Shown piece after piece: positions 52,613 to 64,000 of a stretch of 64,000 nucleotides of DNA. The stretch covers positions 13,950,001 to 14,014,000 of the forward strand of contig CM068749.1 of NCBI GenBank assembly GCA_035084275.1, read 5' to 3'. Under the pieces are notes generated by a model. It saw nothing but the letters and a program-made list of their open reading frames with translations. It made no database searches and was not told the DNA's origin. This stretch comes from Hydrolagus colliei (taxonomy: Eukaryota). Made by a program: the position numbers and the translations under genes. Every line of letters starts with the position of its first letter. The stretch's first letter is position 1.

Positions 52613-53361
52613 TAGTTTTTGATTACAATGACTGAAAAGCAGCAGAAAATCACATTTTCCTCTTCCCTTTGCTCTTCTTCCTGTACAGTTAGGCTGGGGA
52701 ACAAGATGGGATGTAAAACCTCATCTAAAAGAAGTCTCCAGCATGTAGAAACTTACTGTGAATCACTGCAGTAAATAAATTGGAAGCAATTTAGAATTTT
52801 GTGTCACTCCAGTAGTGAAAAGGTCAACAATGGATAAGAACTTTTTGTTAAGCAAATTAAACATAGTTTTAATAAGAACTGAACTGTATTCATTAGCAGG
52901 ATTGTAAATGAGTTAAAGTTGTGTAAATTAAAAAATATTCTAAAACTTATTGTGTAATGTAAATTGATAACTAAATCGATCAAAGAACAGTTGCCAAATT
53001 AGAAACCTTTCATAGCCTAACATACTAATGTATGTAGAATCTTAAGGTTGGCTTTCTCTTGGCATCTATGTGCTCTGTGGGCAGTGAATTTAGCTACAAC
53101 ACAATTGGCACGTTTGTTAATTAATGGATAATGCTAAGTGTTACATGTGTTCATCCGATTAACATATGGCTTTTCCAACATTGTTATTTGATAAGATTTA
53201 TACAGTTCTCTGTTAATTACACAGAATGCATTCACCAAGGAACTCTGACTGAAAAAAGACATTAGCTGGTTTAGTGCCTTCGAATAATGTGATATATCCA
53301 ATAACATTTTACAGTTTGACTTTAAATTATTGTTAAAGATGAACTTAAACTGGATAAATGT

Positions 53362-53665
53362 TTACAATTTACATTGATGTAGTGCCTTCCATGTTGGAAA
53401 GACTTCTCGGAAAGTTCTGCCAGCTGACCAGGTCTGAGCAGAGAGATGGAGGAAATTGAGGGGTGGTGGTGGTAGAAGGGGGAGGGGGGAAGTTGCTGAA
53501 ACTGGGATAAAAAAGATGTTATTGTTGTCTTGATTTGAAGGTGTGGAGGGGAGGCGGGCAAGTTGGAGGGAGAGCTGGATGGAGTCCCAAAGAGCAAGGG
53601 CAGAATAGTTGCAAGCTTATCGACTGAGGGAGAGAGGATCGGGCGAGAGACACAAAGTAGACCAG
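53362..53665 (-). mobile_element. Old L2 3' fragment
   Basis: aatttacattgatgtagtgccttccatg tail followed by purine-rich antisense ORF2 end. Confidence 0.6.
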
Positions 53666-54660
53666 TCTCTGTCTCTCCCTATAAAATATTCAATACATAC
53701 AAAGGAAAGGTTCAGCACCATACATGCCACATGCCTTTAAATAAAACCAACCTTTCTTGGTAAGCTTTGACTGAATGTCACGGATTAGGAAACGGTTGGT
53801 TAATTTGGCCAACCACATATTCAGTATCTTTCCAAAAGGTAAATGTAGCAAATGCTCTGAAATGTATCTTTCTGGAAACATCCCACATGGAGGTGTATCA
53901 TAAATACCACATTGAAATAGTACAAAATGCATAATTTATAGAGAGATGTACTTAAGCCACAAAGCTGAAGGAAAAGTGTGTTCACTGCTTCCTGAGGTTG
54001 CAAATTTAATTTTTTTTTCTATTCACAACTAAGTGTTGTACAATATTAAAACTAAATATCTTTTTGGGGAAATAATGGTGCTAGTGAACTGGGGTCACCT
54101 GTCAGCATCCACGTTGCTTTTGGATTAGAAGATATCAAGTGAAGACATCCCACAGCTTGACAGACGTCACAGGGGGATGTAAAATACAATCATTGTGGGT
54201 GACTGGGAAAATGAACCTAGAAGTGCATCTACTGGGATGGCCTAGATTTATCTTCCCTGGATTTCTGCCTGTGCGACAATGAACTGTGACTACAGTAGCA
54301 GACTGTTAGCTCATGTGAATTATTACAAAAGGACACTTACTTAATATTCTTTCTGCTCACATTGATTTAGCAACACTTCACATTTCACTGTTTCTCTAGT
54401 GTTATCGAATGTCAAAATGAAATCTTGAACAAGGAAATAAAATATGCCTGGTACAATGAACCATTTAATCTACCTACACAGTGTATGATATACTGATATC
54501 TGTACGCTATTTTTCACAAGCCAGCTGCCTTTCTTGCTACATCTGTCGTGAGTCTGCTTCCAGGATTGTTTTTTCTTCCTTTTGCAAAGAGAACATGGAA
54601 ATATGAAAATTAATCACAGTGTTGGTTTCCATAAGTGGGTCTAACCCCTATTTGTCAAAC

Positions 54661-54925
54661 TACAATAACAACACTTTATATTCATATAGCACCTTTCTGG
54701 CTGGTAGGACATCTCAAGTGCTTCATACAGAGTATATCTAAGTGGGAGCCCGAGCTGGGGGTAAGAATTTGAGGAGGTGGCAAGGTAGCTGAAAGCCCGA
54801 TCGAAGAGATAAGTGTTAAGGCAGGTTTGAAGGCAGGTTAAAAAAGGAGCAACAAAGAGAATCTCAGAGTTGAAGATTCAGAGAGCAGACCAGAATGATA
54901 GAACTGTAAGGCGGATCGGGCGAGG
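54661..54925 (-). mobile_element. L2 3' fragment
   Basis: acaataacaac ... atatagcacctttc ... aaagcccgatcgaagag matches other L2 ends here. Confidence 0.75.
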
Positions 54926-54929
54926 GAAA

Positions 54930-55060
54930 TGAAACAGACTCATCAACAGACTTTGAGTTCAAATTTAGTCTGGATATACCAGTGCCATACCAGCAGAGCC
55001 CTACATTATCAGAGATGCTGTTATTCAAATGAAACATTAAACTGGGTTCCTATTTTGCTG
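54930..55060 (+). mobile_element. Old Deu-SINE fragment
   Basis: cagagatgctgttattcaaatgaaacattaaactgggttcc resembles the Deu core. Confidence 0.5.
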
Positions 55061-56434
55061 ATCCTCACCTTATATTTTTTCTAAATGTCTTCACTATGAT
55101 AGAAGATTGGAATGAGCTCACTGCAAGATCTACAGAGCCAGCAAAGTCATTGAGGAAGAAGAGCATTAATACATAGCAACTGTGTTTTGGATGGCATTAC
55201 AATTATCAACCCTTCCTTAGCAGAGTAATGAATCCCTCAAGGATGTTAATGTCTGAGCACAATGTTTTTCTAACGATGACATTATCAATCTCATAACATT
55301 TCTTATGCATTAATATAATTTTATAATGTCACTCAATTTAGAATCTCATTTTTTTTCCAACTGTTCTTGTAAATCATATTTGCACACGTATCTTGAACTA
55401 ACATTGCACCACTTACATGCATGCATTTTAAGGAGCGAGCAGAGAGTTGTACAGTATATGAGCTTCCATCACAATAACATGAGAATTCCAGTTCAGAAAC
55501 GGATTCCATAGAAGCAAATTTCTCATGTGTGTTGGCATGATGTACATCAATTTACAGGAAGGAGTGAGTCATCAACAGTGTTGTCGAAAATTGTTGTTAA
55601 GAATCCCATTTTAGACCCTTTTTCATATGCAATTTTCAAATCATTCTCTGTATGCCCGAGGCTTTAAATCATGTAAGGTATTATTGTGTGTCTGCAAAAT
55701 TGTCAATTCTGCGTATTGTTTTTATCGATTGTCGTACCAATGAGAAATATGGGAAATAGAATAGTGGCAGTTTGACTGGCTGATCTGACTGTGCACTTGC
55801 TTACGCATACATCACTAATATCCAGGCTATCTTCAGATTCAACCACATTGACCGATAATGAACAATATTACAAATAAAACTATTAAGCCCGAGGGAGACA
55901 ATTATAAGGGGTTAACATTTTCTCAAGAGTTCAAACCTTCTCAGACGTTTCATTTTACTCTGAAGCTATATTCCACGATCTGACATATTACCAAGCGTTG
56001 GCATCAAATTTTATGGTTTGTGGAACCCTAGCTAGTGCAATTAGAAATTAGTCAAGTGAACAGATTGCTGTTAGTCGAAGGTAGCCTAAGAGCATATCTA
56101 AGCGTAGAAGGAAGAAAGCGGTGCCCGAGAAATTATTGGGGAATTGGAAATTCAAGGCTTTTAAAGTTAGATGCTGTATAGGTTTTTTTTTCCGTGAACA
56201 TCACATACAGAAAATGGCAAGATCACTATTGTTGTTCAGTTTTAACTGCACACTTCAAAGAACTTAGCTGCAGTATCCATCAAATATATAAATTATTGCT
56301 TATTAAAGAAAATATTTCTACACAAAATCTTACATATAAATGGAAGGCAGCATCAATCTGAATGTAAATAACAATAACAACTTGCATTTATTCAACACCC
56401 TTCACCTAGGGTAGCATCTGCTGAAGATGGGAAT

Positions 56435-56733
56435 GAGTCCTGCAGCTGTAGCTCAGTGGTTAGAGCACTCGCCTTGGGGCGAGAGACGTGGGTTCGATTC
56501 CCAGTAGGGTGAAACCCTGGGCAAGTTTCCTTACTCCACATGCCTGATAATAATCCCTCAAGAAAAATAAATAAAACAATAACTTGGTCACTCAATCCAT
56601 GACTATTTGTGGGACACTGCTATGTGTAACAGGCAATTCACTTTACAGTAAATTCTGTAAAGCGCTTTGAAACGTCTAGAACACATAAAAAGCATTACAG
56701 TATATCAAATGCAAGAATTATATTTATTATTAT
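56435..56733 (+). mobile_element. Near full-length tRNA-derived SINE
   Basis: Box A tagctcagtgg, box B ggttcgattcc, body and tail; the only young head-bearing copy I found on plus. Confidence 0.95.
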
Positions 56734-58243
56734 GACAAATATTTTTAAAGTTTTAGGAGGGTGACAGAATAGTGGACACAGCACATTCCTCAATGTTAGC
56801 ATCAAACATCACACTGTCCTATGGCCCATGACTGCTGGGGACATGACATGGGCTGCTTATTTGTGAAGCTGAAACCTCCTCATTTGGATTGAGTTTCAAG
56901 AATTTAACCTCATTTATTCCACAGAGAGTTGTACGTGAAGTTGTGGTGTTAAAGTGCACTGTAACACATACAAAGGGTTAGCCAATAATGTTTTCACTGG
57001 CGATGATGGGCATGTCTGCCATACAATGACTTCTGCCCTATTATTATCAATAAAAGCTCAAGTAGCTAATAAACCAGCCTGGAAAGAATATCTTTTGGGA
57101 GGAAATATTGTGTGGTGTCTTAAACTTTACAGGGGTCATAACTATGTTGAGGAAGACTTATGAGGGATCTTAAGTTCGTGCTCTGACTATCCTATTTTAT
57201 TAAATGTAATATGGTCATATATTTAAAATAAAATAGTGTTCAAGCTTCTGCTTGAGGTAAGTAAGAATGTTAACGTAATTATCACCTACAAATTATTTTA
57301 AATAACATTGCTATATACTACTGCTTAAAGCTACAGTTCATGGAAATTGAATATTTAATGAATATCATTTTCAGTAGTAGTCACTGTATTAACTCAATCC
57401 TGAAGAAAAATATATTGTAATTTCATTCCATCTTGTTCCAAGGATATTAGCATCCAAAGGGCAAAATGTTCCACTTGCTGCAGTAATGTTATTTGTGACA
57501 GTGTTAATGCGTTTTCGAGACTAGTGAAGCAGATGAAAGGTTTGGTCCAGTACAGGCTGAAATTGTATTTTCACCAATCAAAACAGCAATTTGGTGGAAT
57601 TAAAGATTGCACTCTGTGAATGGAAGGGATAAGTGAGGAGAGAGGTAATACGACCCCATTTGTAAATATTTCCAAGCATAAAGGATGGAGAGGCAAAATG
57701 TACAAATATTAAGTTAAAGATAATATCAGTTTAACACATTGAGCAAAACAAATCATGCCACATGAAGCTTTCCTCCTATCAACCCATCCACCCACTCCCT
57801 CTGCTCAGTTGGTTCCGGCCTGCTTAAAAACTCCTACCCCACCTACAAAATTCAAAAATTCAAATTGCCTCCATTGGCAGTAAACATAACCATTACATGT
57901 TCATACACATGACTTGATCACAGGGAACTCCTTTCATCGATGCTGAATAAGACATTTGCTCATTTTAATGACCAGCAAGTTTGGTCAGATTGGCACGAGA
58001 CACTGAAAGTTCAGCAGGATAGACTGCATTGGCTGCTCAAGGACATTGCCATCTAAATTAAGATGTTCAATATGGTAGAATATACATTGTGCCTTTAATT
58101 TATAATACAGTATGCAGTTATAAGAGTAGCATTTCAGTTGTTTGCATTTCATGTTGTTCTTGCCTGACATTTCCAATAGCAGTTAATGCAAGGTTCATTT
58201 CATTTCCAGTTAAATAAAATCATGCTCTAATGGTCAGGTTGCT

Positions 58244-59385
58244 ACAACAACAATTTGGATTTATATAGTGCCCTCCACGCCACATGTCGTCTCAGAGCAC
58301 TTCACACAAACAGATCCCGAGCCAGGGGGAAGGGTAGAAAAGGTGACCAAAACGAAAAGTCTTTAGGTGTGACCTGAAAATAGGAAAGGAGGAGGTGAGG
58401 CGAAGGATGTGAGGAAGGAAGTTGCAGAGCCTCAGGGTGTAGAGGCTGAAAGCATGGCCACCGACAGTGGAACGGGAGGATTCGAGGGACAAGGAAGAGG
58501 CCAGACCGTAGAGTGAAGGCAACAGGTACTGTTGTGAGGAGGGAGGAGGTCAGAGAGATAGGGGGGTGTGCAGAGCAGTGGAGGTATATGAAAACAAGAG
58601 TGAAGATCTTGAAATCGATCCGCTCCGAGACAGAGAGCCAGTGAAGTCTGGCAAGGACTGGGGTAATCAGGGAGCAAAGTTTGGTTCGGGTGAGAATGCA
58701 GGCGGTGGAATTTTAAATAATATGGATTTTATGAATGGTGTCAGAGGGGAGACCGGCGAGGAGGGCATTGGAGTAGTCCGGCTGAGAGGTGACAAAGGCA
58801 TGGACCAGGGTTTCGGCAGCTTTGGGGAGAGATATTGATGGAGATGGGCGATGTGTCGGAGATGAAAGAAAGCATTGCTGGTGAGGGACTGGATTTGGGG
58901 GAGGAAGGATAATCGGGGGTCAAAACTAATGCAGGTTGGGTGGAGGAGATGAGAGCCATGGGATTGAAGACGTTGTTGAAAGCCAAAGAGTATGGCTTCC
59001 ATCTTGTCAATATTGAGCTGAAGGAAATTTGCGCTCATCCAGCTCTTGGTGTCTGACAGAGAGGCTGACAGAACATCAGGGGAACTGGGGTCCATTGAGG
59101 TGGAAATGTAGAGTTGGGTGTCATCCGCATACATGTGGAAGTGTACCCCATGTCTGTGGATGACATCACCAAGAAGGAGCATATAGATAGGGAAAAGAAG
59201 AGGGCCACTGATGTATCCTTGGGGTACCCCACAGGTAACCGGGCAAAAGCGTTGGTAGAGATGTACTGCTGGTGGTTAGTGAGGTAGGACTTGAACCAGG
59301 TGAGTGCGGTCCCACTGAGGTGGATGATGGAGGATAGGCGGTGGAGGCGGATGGCATGATCGACTATGTCAACGGTGGCAGAGAG
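58244..59385 (-). mobile_element. 5'-truncated L2 LINE with decayed reverse transcriptase
   Basis: [15 protein letters not shown] (RT YADD motif), [26 protein letters not shown], (TTG)n tail; several frameshifts. Confidence 0.97.
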
Positions 59386-61087
59386 CTACTAGATACTGAA
59401 ACATCAGAAAAGATTCAATAAGATTGTCTGCATCCCCAGAAATATATTTTTGGCCAAAATATAGAATTGTATGCTGCCTGCTTATAGATGAACTTTTGTT
59501 TGCTTTTAAAATGTCCTTAGTAGCATCAATTCATTGACAAAATGGATTGTTTTCAACCACTATTTATTAAGCTTTGGACAAAAAAACTGACATCCGTCTG
59601 GCACTTGATAGAGCTGTCTCATTTTAATGTGATGTATGAGCCAAATTGTCAGGTACAGATAGCTTAGTGTCAGTGTGCGAGGACTCTATCAGTTGATATC
59701 TTAAACACTGGCAGTTTCATCTTTATTCAAGCTGTGGGATGCTTTCTCATTGAGGATATTACAGAATCTGAAGTAAGGTTGTGGATTTATGGAAACTAGA
59801 GGGCTCTGAAGACAATGTCAATCCTTTGTGTCACCAGTGAGTCTTAACATGATTTATTAACATAATATTGTTTTTGCTTTATAGTATCCTTGAAATAACA
59901 TAGATAATATGTAATACATTTCCTCCCTTTAAATGGGGACAGAGCTTCTTACTGTGGTAGCTTTACAGTTTCCTATTTTAGATTGGCTATTACTCGTATG
60001 TTTGCCCAAAGCATATCAGCAATGCTCTCATTTATGCCCAAACTATTCCTTTGATGGATACATCCCACATTCTGTGTTTTAGAATATTACCTTCAACATA
60101 TATTCCTCCATTCCTCCATAAAGGCCAATGTAATGTTCTCTTTTGCCCCTTGTAAACCCTAGAGGCTTAAAAGCTTTCCTTTGGTTCCCTGGAGGGAAAG
60201 TCACTGGGTTAGACTACCTTTCTGCCAAATTCTATTAAATATTTTTTGGTTAAACTATTCTCACTGCTAATTGATTCTATCTCCTACTCATTGCAACAAA
60301 TCTCTCTACCAGAATCCCACAGGAAGGGTCTGTGCTCAGTACTGCTCAAGAAGGCACCACACAAATGTGGGTTGCAGCCCTTGATAGAATAGACGTTGAA
60401 CAGGAAAATAATGAGGCTGCAGGAGATTGCAACTATTTGCATATTAATAACTATTTTTTATAAGATTATTTTATGTCCTAATGATGGCTTGATTTACTTA
60501 CCCATTTGCTCATTTAAGTAGCAATCCTGGGATTTATACTATTTATCTTTATTCATAACAATCCATTATGTTTAATAAACGAGACGTATAGCTATGGGAC
60601 CTTCAGTCTTGGGACTGCTGCTGGTGCTTACTACAGTAAAAGAGTTAAAGATCTTGCTTGGAAATTGGCAGCGTGCCTAGAAAACATTTGTCCTGGAATT
60701 ATTCACTAGGTTTGTAAAGTAAATTTCTGTTGACTATCCACTGGGATCTTGAAATTGTTATTCTGAGTTGAATTCAGAATATCTTAATACAAGCTTTCTG
60801 GTTACAGAACACAGTTTGCACTAATATAAGCTGTTTGCTACCATCATCTTAATAGATTTTGTTCATATTGGACCGTGTTTGGTTCCCGAATACAAATTAT
60901 GTGATGCAATCCATTGGACACAGAACCTGATTCTTGATATCTTCATAAATGCATCAAGCAAAGTGGATCAATATTATGTACTCTGTCTTATCAAAAATAT
61001 TGTTCCTTATACATAACTGTTATATTCAGATAGCAGGTTTAAAATAACAAAGGTTGTAACTTGTATAGCTTTTTTAAAGAAAGGCAC

Positions 61088-61140
61088 ATAATAATGATAA
61101 TAATCTTTGCATTTGATATAGCGCTTTTCACATCTTCTAG
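61088..61140 (-). mobile_element. SINE tail only
   Basis: ataataatgataataatctttgcatttgatatagcgcttttcacatcttctag. Confidence 0.9.
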
Positions 61141-61308
61141 TAATTAACAAAGAAGGTTTGAATATGCATTTGCGTTTGTAAAGAGATTAATTCTAACCAT
61201 GTTAATTATAGAACATGAATGTGTATTTCTGTATTGTGAAATTTCTATCACAGAGCTTTTACAGTGTCTGATAAGTCACATCAGTTTAAATAAACCATAC
61301 CATGCTCA
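61141..61308 (+). repeat. Second copy of 38172-38333
   Basis: Direct sequence match to 38172-38333. Confidence 0.92.
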
Positions 61309-61637
61309 AATAATAATAATAAATAATAATAATCATCCTTGCATTTGATATAGCACTTTTCACATCTTCTAGATATCTCGAAGCACTTCACAGAATATAC
61401 TGTAAAGTGAATTGACAGTATATTGGTGGGCAAAACGCAGCAGCCAATTACACACACAGCAGTGTCCCAAAAAACAGTCGTAGATTGCAATGACCAATTT
61501 ATTATTGATTTTTTCTAGGAATTATTATTAGGCATGTGGAGTAAGGAAACTTGTCCAAGGTTTCACCCTGCCTGGGATTGAACCCAGGTCTCTCGCTTGC
61601 AAGGCGAGTGCTTAAATCACTGAGAGATAGGACTCCA
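61309..61637 (-). mobile_element. Full-length tRNA-derived SINE
   Basis: tRNA-Ala-like arm CTCGC-CTTGCAA-GCGAG; body and tail. Confidence 0.95.
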
Positions 61638-61676
61638 TGACTGATACGACTTATGTATGACTGACACGACTTATGT
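61637..61676. repeat. 20-bp tandem duplication
   Basis: atgactgatacgacttatgt followed by atgactgacacgacttatgt. Confidence 0.9.
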
Positions 61677-62168
61677 AAGTTTTACTGGGAAATTCCTCCC
61701 CAATCCAACATCACACTCAGAACAGATGTGATGTATAGTGACGGAGAATATATGCACCATGGTTTTAACGTTTTGTAATAAACAATTATGTTTATTATCT
61801 TATTATTATAATTATCTTCATATTAGCACCACAAGACCCTTCACAGTAATAGAATCCAGTATCAGTTGTTGGGTAAATGCATGTCCTATTGAAGAAATAA
61901 TAGGACATGAATTTGAATATAGTGGTAAAATAATTAGTGTCTCGTATGGACTAATTCTTATTCAGATATTTTACTATTAATGCAAAAGAGTCATTAAAAT
62001 GGGGTAGGATCTCATGCAGTTCTTCACTGATTTTCTTATTAATAGACCTATGATCAAACGTTTTAAGCCCTAAGTTACCTTCAAAGCCATTCCAGGTTGA
62101 TCTTTTTTCCGTTGAAGTGAAATAAATGTGGAGTTTTTATCTAGTTGTCAATGGGCACAAGCCCAAGG

Positions 62169-62314
62169 AACAACAACAACAACAACAACTTTGATTTATA
62201 TAGCGCTCTCCACGCCGGACCGCATCTCAGAGCGCTTCAAAGTAGCGGATCCCGGGACCGAGCCAGGGGCAGGGGCAGGAAGGTGACCAAAAGCCCGGTC
62301 GAAGAGAAAGTTCT
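62169..62314 (-). mobile_element. Young L2 3' end
   Basis: (CAA)n tail, CpGs retained; matches 43237-43446. Confidence 0.92.
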
Positions 62315-64000
62315 TCATAGCACAGCTAGTTATAATTTTGAACAAATTGTTGTTTAGTTGCCAACCCCACTCAACGATCCGGTGCCTATAGATTGATGTG
62401 AGGAATAGGAATATTGCACTAATTCAGTCAAAAAAACTCTTCTTTGTGGCATACAACATTATACAGTACCAATAATGTTTGAGTGTACACACAACAAAGA
62501 GTATCTCACACGGACAAGGCCTAGAGGAAATGACTGATGCTTCTAAAGAACCCTTTTGCCCATGGTCATCTATTCTGAAGCAGCATATTATCTTCATATT
62601 ACTATACCATTAGTATTGCGTAAATTTTCAACTTGGCAAAGCGTAGCTGATATGTGAGTACTTCATGTCGACAAGGAACAATAAAAATGCAAAAGTGTTT
62701 CACATTCAGAATTGGAAACCTTTCTTCCACCTCTCCGGAAAGCAGGAGGTTGATTCCACAAGTGATGACAACTGGCACAAGCCAGTTGTCATCACTGGCA
62801 TCACAAGCCACCCGTCTCTAGAAACCGTTTTACATGCATACGCCTAGTCAGGGATGTGCCATTCAAATAGTGGTGGGACATCACAATTGGGATGCATGGA
62901 TTGTGTCCTTATCACTTTCTAGTAGGGGTTAGGAATAGAAATGCAGAATGAAAACCTAAGTAAGTCGATTTATTGTATGCTTTTCCCACCTTATACCACC
63001 AATTTGAAGTGATGTGAAGCAGGAAGTATACATTGAACTAACACTGGAATGAAACAACTTCACAACCAGCATAATAAAGAGAACATTTATACTATTCATG
63101 TATTCAGTGGTCCTGTCCTTCATTCACAGCTACTGGTACAGTTGATATCTAAAGGTCCTGGTAATTCCAAGGATAGCAATGATATCAATAACCTGATTGA
63201 CAGTCCATACAGATTGCGTTAACAGAATATCAATATGTAGTACAACTGTACCATTTAAAAGGACAGGAAAATTATAGATAATTACTGGAAAAAGACTAGC
63301 TTATGTTTCTTTATAACCTTGGCACGTATTCATTCCTATGTGAGTAGTACCATTAGTGAGTGATCTGGTTTTTACTATTTGCATTAACAGCTGTATATAG
63401 TATCTGGGTAATTCCAGCAGTATAACATGGTATACAGCAAGTTTAATTTATTACACTCCATAAGAATTAAGCAATGCTCATGTTTTTCAGCATTTCATAA
63501 ACAAGTTCAATTTGCATTATCCTGAGTTACAGACATTTGTCCCTGAAAGGTTTACATTTCACCACATAGTGTATGATGGCAAACATAAACAGATGGATAA
63601 TTTTTCACGAAGCTACCCAGGTATGACATATTTGATTGAAGATGAATATTTGTGATATTTCAGAGGGAAAAGTGTTAAGACTCTGGAGAGGATGAATTTG
63701 TGAAATATGAATATTCATTGCCTGAACACATTATGTTCAATAAAGCAATGGCCTCAAAGTATTCTGCAGGAGCTGACTCATTTTAGTGAATAGGTGTCTG
63801 ATTGCTATTGATTTTATGATACTTCATAAGTCTTACACAGAATTCACTTATCAATACCAGTGGAATGTGCAGCTCACTTTACCCCAGCTACTTCTGTAGC
63901 TCAGATCCCTTGAAAAAATGCAATGTGTAGTTGTTGTGCATAAGATCACCTACGGAGTTGAACTGACAATAAAGTAAGAATATTCCACCTAGTTTATTCA

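Noticed and set aside
52689-52774. Plus-strand exon encoding MGCKTSS... (myristoylation-like start)
   Set aside because: Stops after 22 codons, only a weak donor, no recognisable homology.
58667-59182. 171-aa ORF with YADD as a novel RT system
   Set aside because: Ordinary frameshifted, 5'-truncated L2 retrotransposon with its 3' tail adjacent.
61560-61637. tRNA-Ala(TGC)-like sequences here and at other SINE heads
   Set aside because: Each continues into SINE body and tail and lacks a proper acceptor stem; not tRNA genes.

Overview
AT-rich, repeat-dense vertebrate non-coding DNA. The repeat repertoire (tRNA-headed Deu-type SINEs with L2-like (ATT)n tails, L2 and CR1 LINE fragments, Penelope-like inverted repeats) points to a cartilaginous fish, possibly a Callorhinchus-like chimaera; this is an inference from recalled repeat families, not a database result. 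I recognise no host protein-coding exon. The few meaningful ORFs in the track are decayed L2/CR1 ORF2 pieces, and a decayed PIF/Harbinger transposase at about 8.4-8.8 kb is absent from the track. A CpG-rich promoter at about 33-36 kb carries a probable minus-strand non-coding first exon, so at least the left half is probably a long intron of an unidentified gene. There are no CRISPR arrays, rRNA or true tRNA genes, and I found no convincing new multi-gene system. Best leads: (1) a SINE plus its 3' flank copied 23 kb away (apparent SINE 3' transduction or template switch); (2) Penelope-like remnants with a minimal hammerhead ribozyme core; (3) TACAGTA Tc1/pogo excision footprints inside older elements; (4) an inverted MITE pair forming a ~450-nt hairpin; (5) candidate minus-strand alternative first exon and 9-nt microexon. 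Boundaries of old repeats are approximate.
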